A DNA stretch of 64,000 bases from an uncultured virus (IMG/VR IMGVR_UViG_3300029305_011619). Lineage: Duplodnaviria; Heunggongvirae; Uroviricota; Caudoviricetes. The stretch is taken from the IMG/VR virus record IMGVR_UViG_3300029305_011619. The stretch is one strand, 5' to 3'. The position numbers and the translations under genes were made by a program. This document shows positions 51,421 to 60,407 of the stretch, in pieces. The notes below the pieces were generated by a model that was given only the letters and a program-made list of their open reading frames with translations, was not told the DNA's origin and made no database searches. Within the stretch, counting starts at the first letter, position 1. Every line of letters starts with the position of its first letter.

Positions 51421-52932
51421 GTGTTTAGTAAATATATTAGTTCATTGTCGTTAACAGGTGAGGTTGCCGATTCTGTTTTCACAAATATTATTGATTATGG
51501 GTCTTCTGTAGATTGTGGTTTTGACACTTCATTTCTGGCAACCTTAAGATGTCTTTTATACAATCGAATCCCTGAGAATGACGTCGTTATATTAAAAGTA
51601 AGAAACAGAGCAATTCCATCATCAAGATTCAGTACATATACTGATAAGGAAATATTTCATGATATTGCAAGGTATGCTCTTGATGGTAATTGTTTATGTG
51701 TAGTAAGCTTTACAAATCAAACATCTAAAAAATGTATGGAGTTTATCGAGAAAAACTTCTTGGCTCATACGAGTGGATATAGAGAGATTAAAGAGTTGCA
51801 CGTATTTATGGCTTCTGCTGTTAAATCATCGACTGGAAGTATAAATGTGCGATTCTTTATTAACAAAGAAACAAAAAGTACAGTAATTTTTGGCGAAAAA
51901 ATCAGCAGTAAAACATGGCATTTGATACAGTCGCTTACATCAAAGTTGTTACCTTGGTACTTTGAAGAATCTCCTCTAACAGAAGAAGAAAAAGAGCTTG
52001 TTCGATCTTTAACGAAGCATGACCCGCCTGTTAAAGAGGATGGTTCCCAGCCATTAACCACTTATGAAATGTTGATTGAAAAAATGTCAGCAAAATTTGA
52101 TTTAAGAAAACATTTAATTCAGAATGTATTGACAGGTTTTGAAGTGTCTGCAAAAAAAGAACAATTACGTATGATTTTGGCAGAAATCGACCGTTTACAC
52201 AGAGATATTGAATTAAATAGTAGAAAATATCTTGAGTTAATCACTTTCTTGGATGAGAAGAATACTACAAAAGACGGTTTGCAGTATCAGATTGATAATA
52301 ACGAAAGCGATTCTGAATTATTAGAATATTTTATGTGTAATAAGCACTTACATCCCATTAGAACATCTGGTTCGACACTTGAATTTATCGTCAAATGTTT
52401 TTTAGATGGTTTTGACCCAGATATGTTCGAATCATTCGCAAAAAATCCAGACAGCTATCTATATAGCGCGTATGACGATCAGGAAGATGTCTGGTATGAT
52501 ATGAATAATAGAAAATTGTTACTTAATGCGATTTTCTCCGATACTCCCGTATTAAAAGTTAAGATGTGCGCCGTCTATATTTTAGACTTAAGAGGTGAAA
52601 TCTCCACAATCAGACACTATGCATATCCTCATAATGAGTTTGTAAATTGTATCCCTAATCCGCATTTAGATACACACGCTTGCTTCGGTAATTACAAAAG
52701 GTATATTCAGGAAGCAATCAGAAAGGGTGATAATATTCATGCAATTGAGCAATGCATATGTTCCGCTGGTAGCATCAATATTGGAGAGTCTGCTACGTTC
52801 CCGAAATTTTTGGCTAAAATTTTCAGTCGATATTGTAAAAGTGTAATTGAATTGCCCGACGGAACAGAAGTAACACCTGTAGAAGCGTTAAATTGGTTAA
52901 AAAATAAAGAAAACAGTAATCAGGAGGAATAG
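51421..52932 (+). CDS. Large protein with a coiled coil and a C-terminal prokaryotic E2-like domain
   Basis: IPNPHLDTHACFGNY resembles the HPH/HPN...C catalytic motif of bacterial E2 families; operon context. Confidence 0.6.
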   Translation: MFSKYISSLSLTGEVADSVFTNIIDYGSSVDCGFDTSFLATLRCLLYNRIPENDVVILKVRNRAIPSSRFSTYTDKEIFHDIARYALDGNCLCVVSFTNQTSKKCMEFIEKNFLAHTSGYREIKELHVFMASAVKSSTGSINVRFFINKETKSTVIFGEKISSKTWHLIQSLTSKLLPWYFEESPLTEEEKELVRSLTKHDPPVKEDGSQPLTTYEMLIEKMSAKFDLRKHLIQNVLTGFEVSAKKEQLRMILAEIDRLHRDIELNSRKYLELITFLDEKNTTKDGLQYQIDNNESDSELLEYFMCNKHLHPIRTSGSTLEFIVKCFLDGFDPDMFESFAKNPDSYLYSAYDDQEDVWYDMNNRKLLLNAIFSDTPVLKVKMCAVYILDLRGEISTIRHYAYPHNEFVNCIPNPHLDTHACFGNYKRYIQEAIRKGDNIHAIEQCICSAGSINIGESATFPKFLAKIFSRYCKSVIELPDGTEVTPVEALNWLKNKENSNQEE

Positions 52933-52934
52933 TT

Positions 52935-53810
52935 ATGCCAAAACCGATTTTTTTAACAAAAGAGCTGAAGGAGCAAGCCATTGAGGAATTTAGACTCGCC
53001 GTAGAATCTGCAAAAATGAGCGACGGGAAATTTAGTTACAACAAGAATTTTACCTACAAGGAATCCGAAAAGGCTAAAATCTTATTCACATCAACAGCTT
53101 ATGCAAAAATGATTCAGTTATTGATGTCGTTTGATTCTGAGGTTGCTTGGCACGGAGTTGGATGTCGCTTGTCAGGATCTACATTTGTAATCAGTGATAT
53201 TCTTGTTTATCCACAGACTGTCACCGGCACAACAGTTACTATGGACGAAGAAGAATACTCAAAATGGATTTACGAAAATATCGAAGATGAGCGATTTAAT
53301 AACATCGTAATGCAGGGTCATAGCCACGTAAAAATGCATACTAGTCCTTCTGCTACTGATATACAACATCAAGAGGTAATTCTAAACCAATTAAAACCAG
53401 ACAAGTTTTACATTTTCATGATTTGGAATCAAAGAATGGAAAACAATACAAAGATTTATGATTTATTCAATAATAGTTTGTATGAAACGTCTGAGATTAC
53501 ATACGGTATCTACGACGAAGAGTGCGACATCAATGAGTTTATCAGCGAAGCAAAATCAGTTGTTAAGAGTCAGACGTATACTTCTCAAACATATACCAGT
53601 GGGAACAGCTACTACCGTAGCAACTTTTACTCTGGACAGCAATACACGCACGGCGATAACACCTACCAAAAAGACCAAGCTCAAAAAAACGAAAAGAAAA
53701 AGGAAAAGGCTAAAAAAAACGCAATCGGCGGAGGATGGGCAGGTAGGGGCTCAGAGGATATGGTAGATTTGAAAGGCGGACATTACTCTTTCGATAGGTT
53801 TGACACATAA
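52935..53810 (+). CDS. JAB/MPN+ metalloprotease (deubiquitinase-like)
   Basis: SEVAW...YPQ...QGHSHVKMHTSPSATD (E...HxH...S..D). Confidence 0.88.
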   Translation: MPKPIFLTKELKEQAIEEFRLAVESAKMSDGKFSYNKNFTYKESEKAKILFTSTAYAKMIQLLMSFDSEVAWHGVGCRLSGSTFVISDILVYPQTVTGTTVTMDEEEYSKWIYENIEDERFNNIVMQGHSHVKMHTSPSATDIQHQEVILNQLKPDKFYIFMIWNQRMENNTKIYDLFNNSLYETSEITYGIYDEECDINEFISEAKSVVKSQTYTSQTYTSGNSYYRSNFYSGQQYTHGDNTYQKDQAQKNEKKKEKAKKNAIGGGWAGRGSEDMVDLKGGHYSFDRFDT

Positions 53811-53846
53811 TTATAAAATAGTACTTTTATAAAGGAGAAAAATAAG

Positions 53847-54518
53847 ATGAATATTGCAAAATCATACGATTTCTTTCAGCCTGAAAAGTTAGACGGAAGA
53901 ATTCATATTCTTGGATGTGGAGCCATTGGTTCAACGGTAGCAGAAAATCTAGTGAGATTCGGTATTACCAAAATCACGCTGTACGATTTTGATATAGTAG
54001 AATCACACAATATTGCAAATCAGATGTTCCGTCAGCAAGATATCGGAAAATATAAAGTTGATGCACTTGCGGACATCCTCTACGAAATTAACCCTGAAAT
54101 CAAGAACGACATCAAACTTGTTAAAGAGGGCTATACCGGACAGAAGCTTTCAGGATATGTCTTCTTATGTGTTGATAGTATTGATATTAGAAGAGAAGTG
54201 GCTGAGAAATACCAGAGCAACCAATTTATTAAAGCAATGTTCGATTTTCGTATGAGATTGACAGACGCACAGCATTATGCAGCGGACTGGAAAAACAAGA
54301 AAATGATTGAGGATTTTCTTGCATCTATGCAATTCTCCCACGAAGAAGCTATGGCTGAAACCCCGGTATCAGCTTGTAATATGACGTTATCGGTAGTTCC
54401 AACTGTTCGTCATATCGTCGCAGAGGGTGTAGCAAACTTTATAAATTTTGTTAAAACAAGAGACCTTAAAAAATTAATTCTTGTAGACACATTCACTCAC
54501 ACCGTAGATGCGTTTTAA
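53847..54518 (+). CDS. ThiF/E1-like adenylating enzyme
   Basis: ILGCGAIGS, YDFDIVESHNIANQ, GKYKVDAL, CVDSIDIR; candidate catalytic Cys in PVSAC. Confidence 0.9.
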   Translation: MNIAKSYDFFQPEKLDGRIHILGCGAIGSTVAENLVRFGITKITLYDFDIVESHNIANQMFRQQDIGKYKVDALADILYEINPEIKNDIKLVKEGYTGQKLSGYVFLCVDSIDIRREVAEKYQSNQFIKAMFDFRMRLTDAQHYAADWKNKKMIEDFLASMQFSHEEAMAETPVSACNMTLSVVPTVRHIVAEGVANFINFVKTRDLKKLILVDTFTHTVDAF

Positions 54519-54533
54519 TAATTAATAAAAATA

Positions 54534-54840
54534 TTTTTTCACTTAGCAATGTATTATTTAGCGAAAGCTAAATACTTCATGTTGTAAGCTGAAGTAAAAT
54601 TTTGATTAGGAAATAGGATGGAAGGAAGGATACGGATCCAGGAAGCAGGCCGAGCGTTAATGATCCAAGGAACGACATCTACCTGTCGAGTACCTCCAAA
54701 TAATTGACAACTACTGTACCGATAGCACCGCTTCCCGTCACAATCCGCCGGTTGCCCAGTCACAGCCCTGCAATGTTACAACTTCGCCTCCTATACCTCC
54801 GGAAGACAATACAAATTTAGATTGCAAGTAATCGAAAGGA
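54534..54840 (+). ncRNA. Retron-like msr-msd ncRNA, unit 1 (upstream of RT)
   Basis: ACTTAGCAAT|G(54551) pairs with ATTGCAAGT (54821-54829); SL1 TATTTAGC-gaaa-GCTAAATA; SL2 CTTC-ATGTTGTAAGCT-GAAG; long imperfect msd-like arm. Confidence 0.8.
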
Positions 54841-54848
54841 GTTATATT

Positions 54849-55988
54849 ATGCCTTTTATAACTATTAAACAAAGCCCTATATACTACCAAATGTCCCTTG
54901 ATGATATTTTAGATGGAACTTTCGATATATCAAAAATGGTAGTTCAAAATATTACAAATACAAGAACAACATTTCGTGAATATTTCAAATCAAGTTTTTT
55001 AGAAAAGTTTGATTTTGGTGCAATGATAAATTCGTTGGAAATGTTTAATCAAAGAAATTCAGAGTTATTTTCCGTTGATAGAAAGACTCTTTACCATACG
55101 TTTAGCATCCCAAAAAAATCTGGCGGACTAAGAAAGATTAGTGCGCCGAACAAACCTCTTATGGATAATTTAAGATACCTTAAGGAATTATTGGAGTCTA
55201 TGATGCCTGCCACACATCATACATCTGCTTTTGCTTATGTGAATGGAAGATGTACCGTGGATGCAGTAAAGCGTCACCAGCAGAACGGGAGCAAATGGTT
55301 TGCAAAATTGGATTTCTCAGACTTTTTTGGTAGCACCACAGAAGAATTTGTACTGAAAATGTTTAGTATGATTTTCCCCTTTAGCGAGATTGTAAAGACA
55401 GAATCAGGATACAATGCATTAAAGACAGCATTAAGCTTATGCTTCTTAGATGGCGGGCTCCCTCAAGGAACACCAATCTCTCCGTTTATTACCAATGTTA
55501 TGATGATTCCTATTGATCACCATTTATACAACCAGTTACGTAAGTCTGACGATAAATTGATATACACAAGATACGCTGATGATATTCTTGTGTCCTCAAG
55601 AAAAACATTTGATCATAAAAAAATTTCGAGTATTATTGTTGATACATTGCGTAAATTTGACGCCCCATTTTCTATCAATCATAAAAAAACCAGATACGGC
55701 TCTTCTTCTGGAAGAAATTGGAATCTTGGATTGATGTTAAATAAAGATAATAATATCACTATCGGTTATAGAAACAAGAAATTTTTCAAAGCTATGTGTA
55801 ATAACTATTTGCAAGATAAAGCAAATAATATAAATTGGGATTTACATGATGTGCAAGTTTTTTCTGGTAAAATCTCATACTATCGTAGCATAGAGCCAGA
55901 ATACATCGACTATTTAATTGGTCATTATAATCATAAGTTTAATGCAGATATTCTTAGTCTTATTCATAACGATATTGTAAATTTGTAA
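54849..55988 (+). CDS. Retron-type reverse transcriptase
   Basis: IPKKSGGLRKISAP, region-X-like DAVKRH, LDFSDFF, LPQGTPISP, YTRYADD; NLG at the usual VTG position. AAAGGAG RBS before ATG 54849. No maturase, endonuclease or Cas1 domain. Confidence 0.9.
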   Translation: MPFITIKQSPIYYQMSLDDILDGTFDISKMVVQNITNTRTTFREYFKSSFLEKFDFGAMINSLEMFNQRNSELFSVDRKTLYHTFSIPKKSGGLRKISAPNKPLMDNLRYLKELLESMMPATHHTSAFAYVNGRCTVDAVKRHQQNGSKWFAKLDFSDFFGSTTEEFVLKMFSMIFPFSEIVKTESGYNALKTALSLCFLDGGLPQGTPISPFITNVMMIPIDHHLYNQLRKSDDKLIYTRYADDILVSSRKTFDHKKISSIIVDTLRKFDAPFSINHKKTRYGSSSGRNWNLGLMLNKDNNITIGYRNKKFFKAMCNNYLQDKANNINWDLHDVQVFSGKISYYRSIEPEYIDYLIGHYNHKFNADILSLIHNDIVNL

Positions 55989-55995
55989 TTTTTTT

Positions 55996-56279
55996 TATGG
56001 TGTTTATAAAAAAGAATGCGATGAAGATTTATAATAGTACTTCTGTATTGTTATATCTTTGTGTTTTTAGCCAAAGAAATACTAAGTCGAATACTCATTC
56101 TCAAACTGAGGTTAATCCTAGCTACCTCCATACCAGCGAAGACTCCATCAAAGATGGAAGTCGATGCTGGTACAGGAGGATGCTAGATTAACCCTCATCA
56201 GCGAATACACCTCAGGCATTAAAATAAAAAGCAGGACGATTTTTATTTTTAATAGATTGCATTCTTTGCAAACACCATA
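55996..56279 (+). ncRNA. Retron-like msr-msd ncRNA, unit 2 (downstream of RT)
   Basis: TATGGTGTTT..AAAGAATGCGAT|G(56023) pairs with ATTGCATTCTTT..AAACACCATA; SL2 CTTT-GTGTTTTTAGCC-AAAG; about 90-nt hairpin at 56107-56197. Confidence 0.85.
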
Positions 56280-56285
56280 CAATAT

Positions 56286-56361
56286 TGGGATATCGCCAAG
56301 TCGGTAAGGCACAGGACTTTGACTCCTGCATTCGCTGGTTCGAGTCCAGCTATCCCAGCCA
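56286..56361 (+). tRNA. tRNA-Gln(TTG)
   Basis: Cloverleaf TGGGATA/TATCCCA, anticodon arm CAGGA-ctTTGac-TCCTG, encoded CCA. Confidence 0.95.
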
Positions 56362-56615
56362 ATAATATACAATGTAGATTCCCTATAATACATAAGTAAA
56401 ATAAAAGGGGCTTCGTGTTACAAGCCGAAGTATAAAAATGTTAAGAGTCTCCGCCTTTGCCAGACGCTTTCAGGCTCCCGAGCCTGAAAAGCTCTTCGCC
56501 AAGGCTTCCTGCTTAACGCATTTTTAATATAAATTAAATTTGCTAATCCATGCGGCGGAATCCGCCGCTTGTATAGCAATTTCTAATTTAGTATTAATAA
56601 CAGATTGTATATTAT
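56362..56615 (+). ncRNA. Retron-like msr-msd ncRNA, unit 3 (between tRNA-Gln and tRNA-Leu)
   Basis: Perfect 12-bp ATAATATACAAT|G(56374) / ATTGTATATTAT; SL2 CTTC-GTGTTACAAGCC-GAAG; two msd-like hairpins. Confidence 0.85.
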
Positions 56616-56620
56616 ATTAT

Positions 56621-56703
<83 letters not shown>

Positions 56704-56804
56704 CAAATTCAGTAGTGAGTACAAAGCCTTACTGATTATGCCACAACGTACACCCTTTGCTTAAATCGTCTGTACAACGATGAGCTTAGGAGTGGCAGAG
56801 ATTA

Positions 56805-56878
56805 GGAATGGTGGTGTAAAGGTAGCATACCCTCGACATATAGGGAGGTTTCGGGTTCAAGTCCCAACCATCCGACCA
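56805..56878 (+). tRNA. Degenerate tRNA-like gene (anticodon unresolved)
   Basis: D arm, GGGTTCAAGTCCC T arm and ACCA end are present, but the acceptor stem has mismatches and the anticodon loop is 8 nt. Confidence 0.5.
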
Positions 56879-57050
56879 AAAAGAAAATCTCTTAAAAGTA
56901 TGAAGTATGAAAAAACGGATTAAATAATAGGATGACGACGTGGTTTTGGTTCCACCGAACAAGATAAAAAACCAAGCGAGTAACGATACTGCAGGTCAAA
57001 CCTCGCATCCGTTCCTATAGGTGAAAGTCCTATGGCTGAATTTCTAATAC

Positions 57051-57127
57051 GGGCATTTAGCTGAGTTGGTTACAGCACCCGGCTCATAACCGGTAGATCC
57101 AAGGTTCGAGTCCTTGAATGCCCACCA
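57051..57127 (+). tRNA. tRNA with CAT anticodon (Ile2-like, or Met)
   Basis: GGGCATT/AATGCCC, CCGG-ctCATaa-CCGG, CCA. Confidence 0.9.
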
Positions 57128-57287
57128 CTATACGACAATACACTGTCGTGTAAACACCTCTCTTTAGGAGCACCGGTTATTTGTAGTTAGTGTATCAATG
57201 CTACAAGAAAGAAACTCCAGGGATAGTGCCGCCCTATGTGTGAGCTCGCACACAGCTTTTGCTGGGAAATTCAAGAGAGGTCAATAT

Positions 57288-57530
57288 GCGCCACTAACTC
57301 AGTTGGTTAGAGTACCTGGATTTATTAAGGGGGTGTACCCAAGTGGTGATGGGGCTGGTCTTATACACCAGTTGCCGACTGTTCGATTCAGTCCACCCCT
57401 ACCAAATTATTTTTAGGAGAATGCCTATGAAATACGAATAAGACATAGAGAAGAGTTCTTAATAGACAATGTGTTGTCTAAAAATACTAAATCCAGTTAG
57501 TGCGAGGTTCGAGTCCTCGGTGGCGTACCA
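57288..57530 (+). tRNA. Split/interrupted tRNA: 5' half 57288-57324, 3' half 57488-57530, with an insert of about 160 nt in the anticodon arm
   Basis: Acceptor GCGCCAC/GTGGCGT-ACCA, D arm ACTC/GAGT, T arm CGAGG-TTCGAGT-CCTCG, extended stem CTGGATTTA/TAAATCCAG. Confidence 0.75.
57329..57404 (+). tRNA. tRNA-Ile(TAT), nested inside the split tRNA
   Basis: 76-nt cloverleaf GGGGGTG/CACCCCT, CTGGT-ctTATac-ACCAG, GACTG-TTCGATT-CAGTC, CCA. Confidence 0.85.
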
Positions 57531-57752
57531 GTTGGAGAGATGGTAGCATCCCTGACTTCACTCCGTAGGGTGACTCCTACATCAAAGATTATCGGATGCG
57601 CATTTTTGGTTTAGAATAAGACTTTTTACGTTGTTAGGGAAGAAAGGAAATTCAGATTGCAATCGAGTTGGTAAGCTTCACGTTTTAGGTGAAGATTCCA
57701 CTCAGGTTCCGATACGCCTCTTCACAATGCGTACCAGATCGGAGCCGCCTCT

Positions 57753-57829
57753 CGAGGTGTAGAACAACTTGGTAGTTCGCTACATTTGGGATGTAGAAGT
57801 CGCAGGTTCGAATCCTGTCACCTCGACCA
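57753..57829 (+). tRNA. tRNA-Pro(TGG)
   Basis: CGAGGTG/CACCTCG, CTACA-ttTGGga-TGTAG, CCA. Confidence 0.93.
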
Positions 57830-57973
57830 TTGGGTTTGACTGTACCCTGCCACACAGTTGGGTTTCCTCAGCCATATAAGAGAGGTGCGGCAGCGCGCAG
57901 GAGGTTATGCGAGCTAAGCGTCGGTGCTACAGCGATGTGATACCAAGTACTGGCAATACACTGTAGTAAATAC

Positions 57974-58060
57974 GGAGAGATGTCCGAGTGGTTTAAGGAG
58001 CTAGTCTTGAAAACTAGTGACTCGAAAGAGCCCAGAGTTCGAATCTCTGTCTCTCCGCCA
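57974..58060 (+). tRNA. tRNA-Ser(TGA)
   Basis: GGAGAGA/TCTCTCC, CTAGT-ctTGAaa-ACTAG, long variable arm, GCCA end. Confidence 0.95.
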
Positions 58061-58120
58061 TTGCCGGCTTGAGACTCCTCGAGGAGCATCGGCTTCATGA
58101 ACCGATATGCCGGCCACCAT

Positions 58121-58196
58121 GCTATCGTAGCTCAATCGGTAGAGCGACGTATTTGTAATGCGTATGTAGTGAGTTCGAATCTCACCGATAGCTCCA
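58121..58196 (+). tRNA. tRNA-Thr(TGT)
   Basis: GCTATCG/CGATAGC, ACGTA-ttTGTaa-TGCGT, CCA. Confidence 0.93.
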
Positions 58197-58197
58197 A

Positions 58198-58400
58198 TTT
58201 ACAATGCATTCGTTTGATTTTTTCAAACACTTTGTGTTTTTAGCCAAAGAAACGATTTGATGAGGGAATAGTAACGAGATGAGGCGATGCATGACAGCCG
58301 GAAGACGCGGACTCAAGAGACAAAAATATACTGCCACGACGCCCACGGCCCCTGTACAGCCTTCTCCAGAAGCCCGCTCGAAATATATTTAGATTGTAGA
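58198..58400 (+). ncRNA. Retron-like msr-msd ncRNA, unit 4 (after tRNA-Thr)
   Basis: TTTACAAT|G(58206) / ATTGTAGA; SL1 GTTTGA/TCAAAC; 23-nt CTTTGTGTTTTTAGCCAAAGAAA identical to unit 2; imperfect GC-rich msd arm. Confidence 0.8.
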
Positions 58401-58417
58401 AAGGAGAATACATATTT

Positions 58418-58768
58418 ATGAGAAGTAGAAATGAATTAATACGCTCACTATCAAGGTATTCGTTTACAAATGAGTGTGGAGGAATTTTATTATGGATTCC
58501 AAAGTTTGAAGAATTTCTATCCGTATCTTTTGGAGATGGTTCTAATTGTGATGATGAGTTTAACGATTATTTACTCATAACAACGTACTCGTTCTGCGAT
58601 AGCGTAGTATCGCCAGACCATTTTTTAGAAAAGGATGGGGGACAACTCGATTTTAAAGAATCTGAAGCTATGTACAAGAATGATATAACGAATACCGTAT
58701 TTGATGCGTTAGATTTTATGTACGGAGAAGTTTGTGATTTTATACCACTAAAAACATATTTGCATTAA
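58418..58768 (+). CDS. Hypothetical protein
   Basis: AAAGGAG RBS. Confidence 0.6.
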   Translation: MRSRNELIRSLSRYSFTNECGGILLWIPKFEEFLSVSFGDGSNCDDEFNDYLLITTYSFCDSVVSPDHFLEKDGGQLDFKESEAMYKNDITNTVFDALDFMYGEVCDFIPLKTYLH

Positions 58769-58780
58769 TCGGAGGATTTT

Positions 58781-59335
58781 ATGATTAAACTTAATATCAC
58801 CGTTGAAGATTTTGATACTCATGCAACATACTATATTCAATTACCGTGTCAAATAAAAGATGTTTTGAATTTATCGCATGATTTACAGATTACTGAATGG
58901 GATTCATCTATGATGCTTGATTATTGCTCAGATATCGAATCTCTTAATAAGGTAATCGAAGACATTAACTGCGAAAACCCAAATATGACATTAGAAATTT
59001 TAGAAGATATTCTTAAAGCTACATGTTGCAAACTTAGTGATAAGTTTTTTATAGATAAACTATGTAGTAATGACTTCATGTTGGAGGAAGTCGATACGTC
59101 AGGTTATGATATTGATTTAATTTCAGACTCTGAGAGATGCGCTCATTATATGGTAACTGAACTTGAGATTCCGTTTGCCAAAAACCTCGGAGGTAAGATG
59201 AGCGAAATGAAAATTCGTCCAAAATCTTTTTATGACTGGAGAGTTGTTTGGGGTTTATACTCCAAGATGGGATTTCAGTTGTTGAGAATAGGCAGAAACT
59301 TATATGTCTTCAACTGGAGAAATGCTTGTGTTTAA
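58781..59335 (+). CDS. Hypothetical protein
   Basis: GGAGG RBS. Confidence 0.6.
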   Translation: MIKLNITVEDFDTHATYYIQLPCQIKDVLNLSHDLQITEWDSSMMLDYCSDIESLNKVIEDINCENPNMTLEILEDILKATCCKLSDKFFIDKLCSNDFMLEEVDTSGYDIDLISDSERCAHYMVTELEIPFAKNLGGKMSEMKIRPKSFYDWRVVWGLYSKMGFQLLRIGRNLYVFNWRNACV

Positions 59336-59502
59336 TAACACTATCATCTACGGTACAAATAGACAACAATTCATCTTGTTATTACTACATGTAAAAAAAT
59401 GGTAAATCTCTCTTTGGGAAGCATTTTGAAGAATTCAGTGTTTTCAAGGGCTCTAAGGGGGTAAATTTTTAATTTTAGTACCGGGTTGGTACTAAAAATA
59501 TT
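59334..59502 (+). repeat. Dispersed inverted repeat, copy B (partner 43075-43267)
   Basis: AATAACACTATCATCTACG...CTTGTTATTACTACATGTA...AGAATTCAGTGTTTTCAAGGG...TTTTAGTACC-n-GGTACTAAAA. Confidence 0.85.
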
Positions 59503-59585
59503 ATTTTATTAATGAAATTTGAAGGTTTTGTGATGGAAAAATTTTTACCAACCAGAATTAAAATATCTTTAAAAGGAAGTAGATT

Positions 59586-60017
59586 ATGAGACACTTTTCA
59601 AAAGAAGAATGGTACTTTAATGGGTATACATGGTGTGGATTGGATAAAAATGCAAATTATTGGTATCCATTCTCTTACGACGACTACGGAACAGCGTATC
59701 GTATGACTTTAAATATTAATGATTGTTTAAATCATATGACAATAAAAAGAGCTAAAGACCAGATTAAATCAGAGATTAAAAAGAGCCCGTTTTTCAAATA
59801 TAGATATGAAAAAATCTATATAGTAAATATAAAAGAGTACCCGACCTTCTATTTTGATTATCTCACCATCGCAAGGAAACATAGAATTAATATAAATCAC
59901 TTACATAACCAAGACGAAATCGTTAGCCGTTTAGAAAAGTATGGGTTTACTCCAATTTCTGATAATCAAAAAATTATAGAAATTAGTAAAGAAGAAATTA
60001 ATCTAGATAATCTATAA
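59586..60017 (+). CDS. Hypothetical protein
   Basis: AAAGGA RBS. Confidence 0.55.
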   Translation: MRHFSKEEWYFNGYTWCGLDKNANYWYPFSYDDYGTAYRMTLNINDCLNHMTIKRAKDQIKSEIKKSPFFKYRYEKIYIVNIKEYPTFYFDYLTIARKHRININHLHNQDEIVSRLEKYGFTPISDNQKIIEISKEEINLDNL

Positions 60018-60027
60018 GGACAATTCA

Positions 60028-60381
60028 ATGAACGGATATTCTTATATAGGAGGTATTATAATGATAATTCAAATTTGGAATAGCGAAGACGAAATAGGAT
60101 ATAAGCAGATAACCACATTTTATTCAGATTTTTCAATAGCAGATATTTTTGGTGTTGACGGTGTAAAAGACACATTTAACAGAGCGTTTGAGAATTGGAA
60201 AGATGACTATAAATATCTAACAGAGCTTATTTTAGTTCTTAACAGAAAAAGCTGGTATTATGTAGATGATAATAAGGAGTTGTCGTCGTTGTACACCGAG
60301 TTGTATTATAAGGCTTCTGAATATGCGATAGCAACATTAAAGGGAGAAGAATTAAAATACTATCTTGATATTACAGATTAA
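60028..60381 (+). CDS. Hypothetical phage protein (start may be 60061)
   Basis: TTFYSDFSIADIFGVDGVKDTFNRAF...YLTEL motif; AGGAGG before 60061. Confidence 0.6.
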   Translation: MNGYSYIGGIIMIIQIWNSEDEIGYKQITTFYSDFSIADIFGVDGVKDTFNRAFENWKDDYKYLTELILVLNRKSWYYVDDNKELSSLYTELYYKASEYAIATLKGEELKYYLDITD

Positions 60382-60407
60382 GAGTTTTATACTAGGAGGT
60401 TTAAGGA

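Noticed and set aside
54849..55988. RT as a DGR or group II intron RT
   Set aside because: No TR/VR pair with adenine-specific mismatches or Avd-like gene was seen in the window. There is no maturase/endonuclease extension or intron domain V. Size, region-X-like motif and flanking ncRNAs fit a retron.
57288..57530. Genome-wide stop-codon reassignment suggested by a possible CTA/TTA anticodon in the split tRNA
   Set aside because: Long genes are intact in the standard code and TAG, TGA and TAA all end genes at sensible positions; the anticodon itself is undetermined.
57640..57670. CAGATTGC as the end of a sixth retron-like unit
   Set aside because: No matching upstream CAAT|G arm or CTTY...RAAG hairpin was found.
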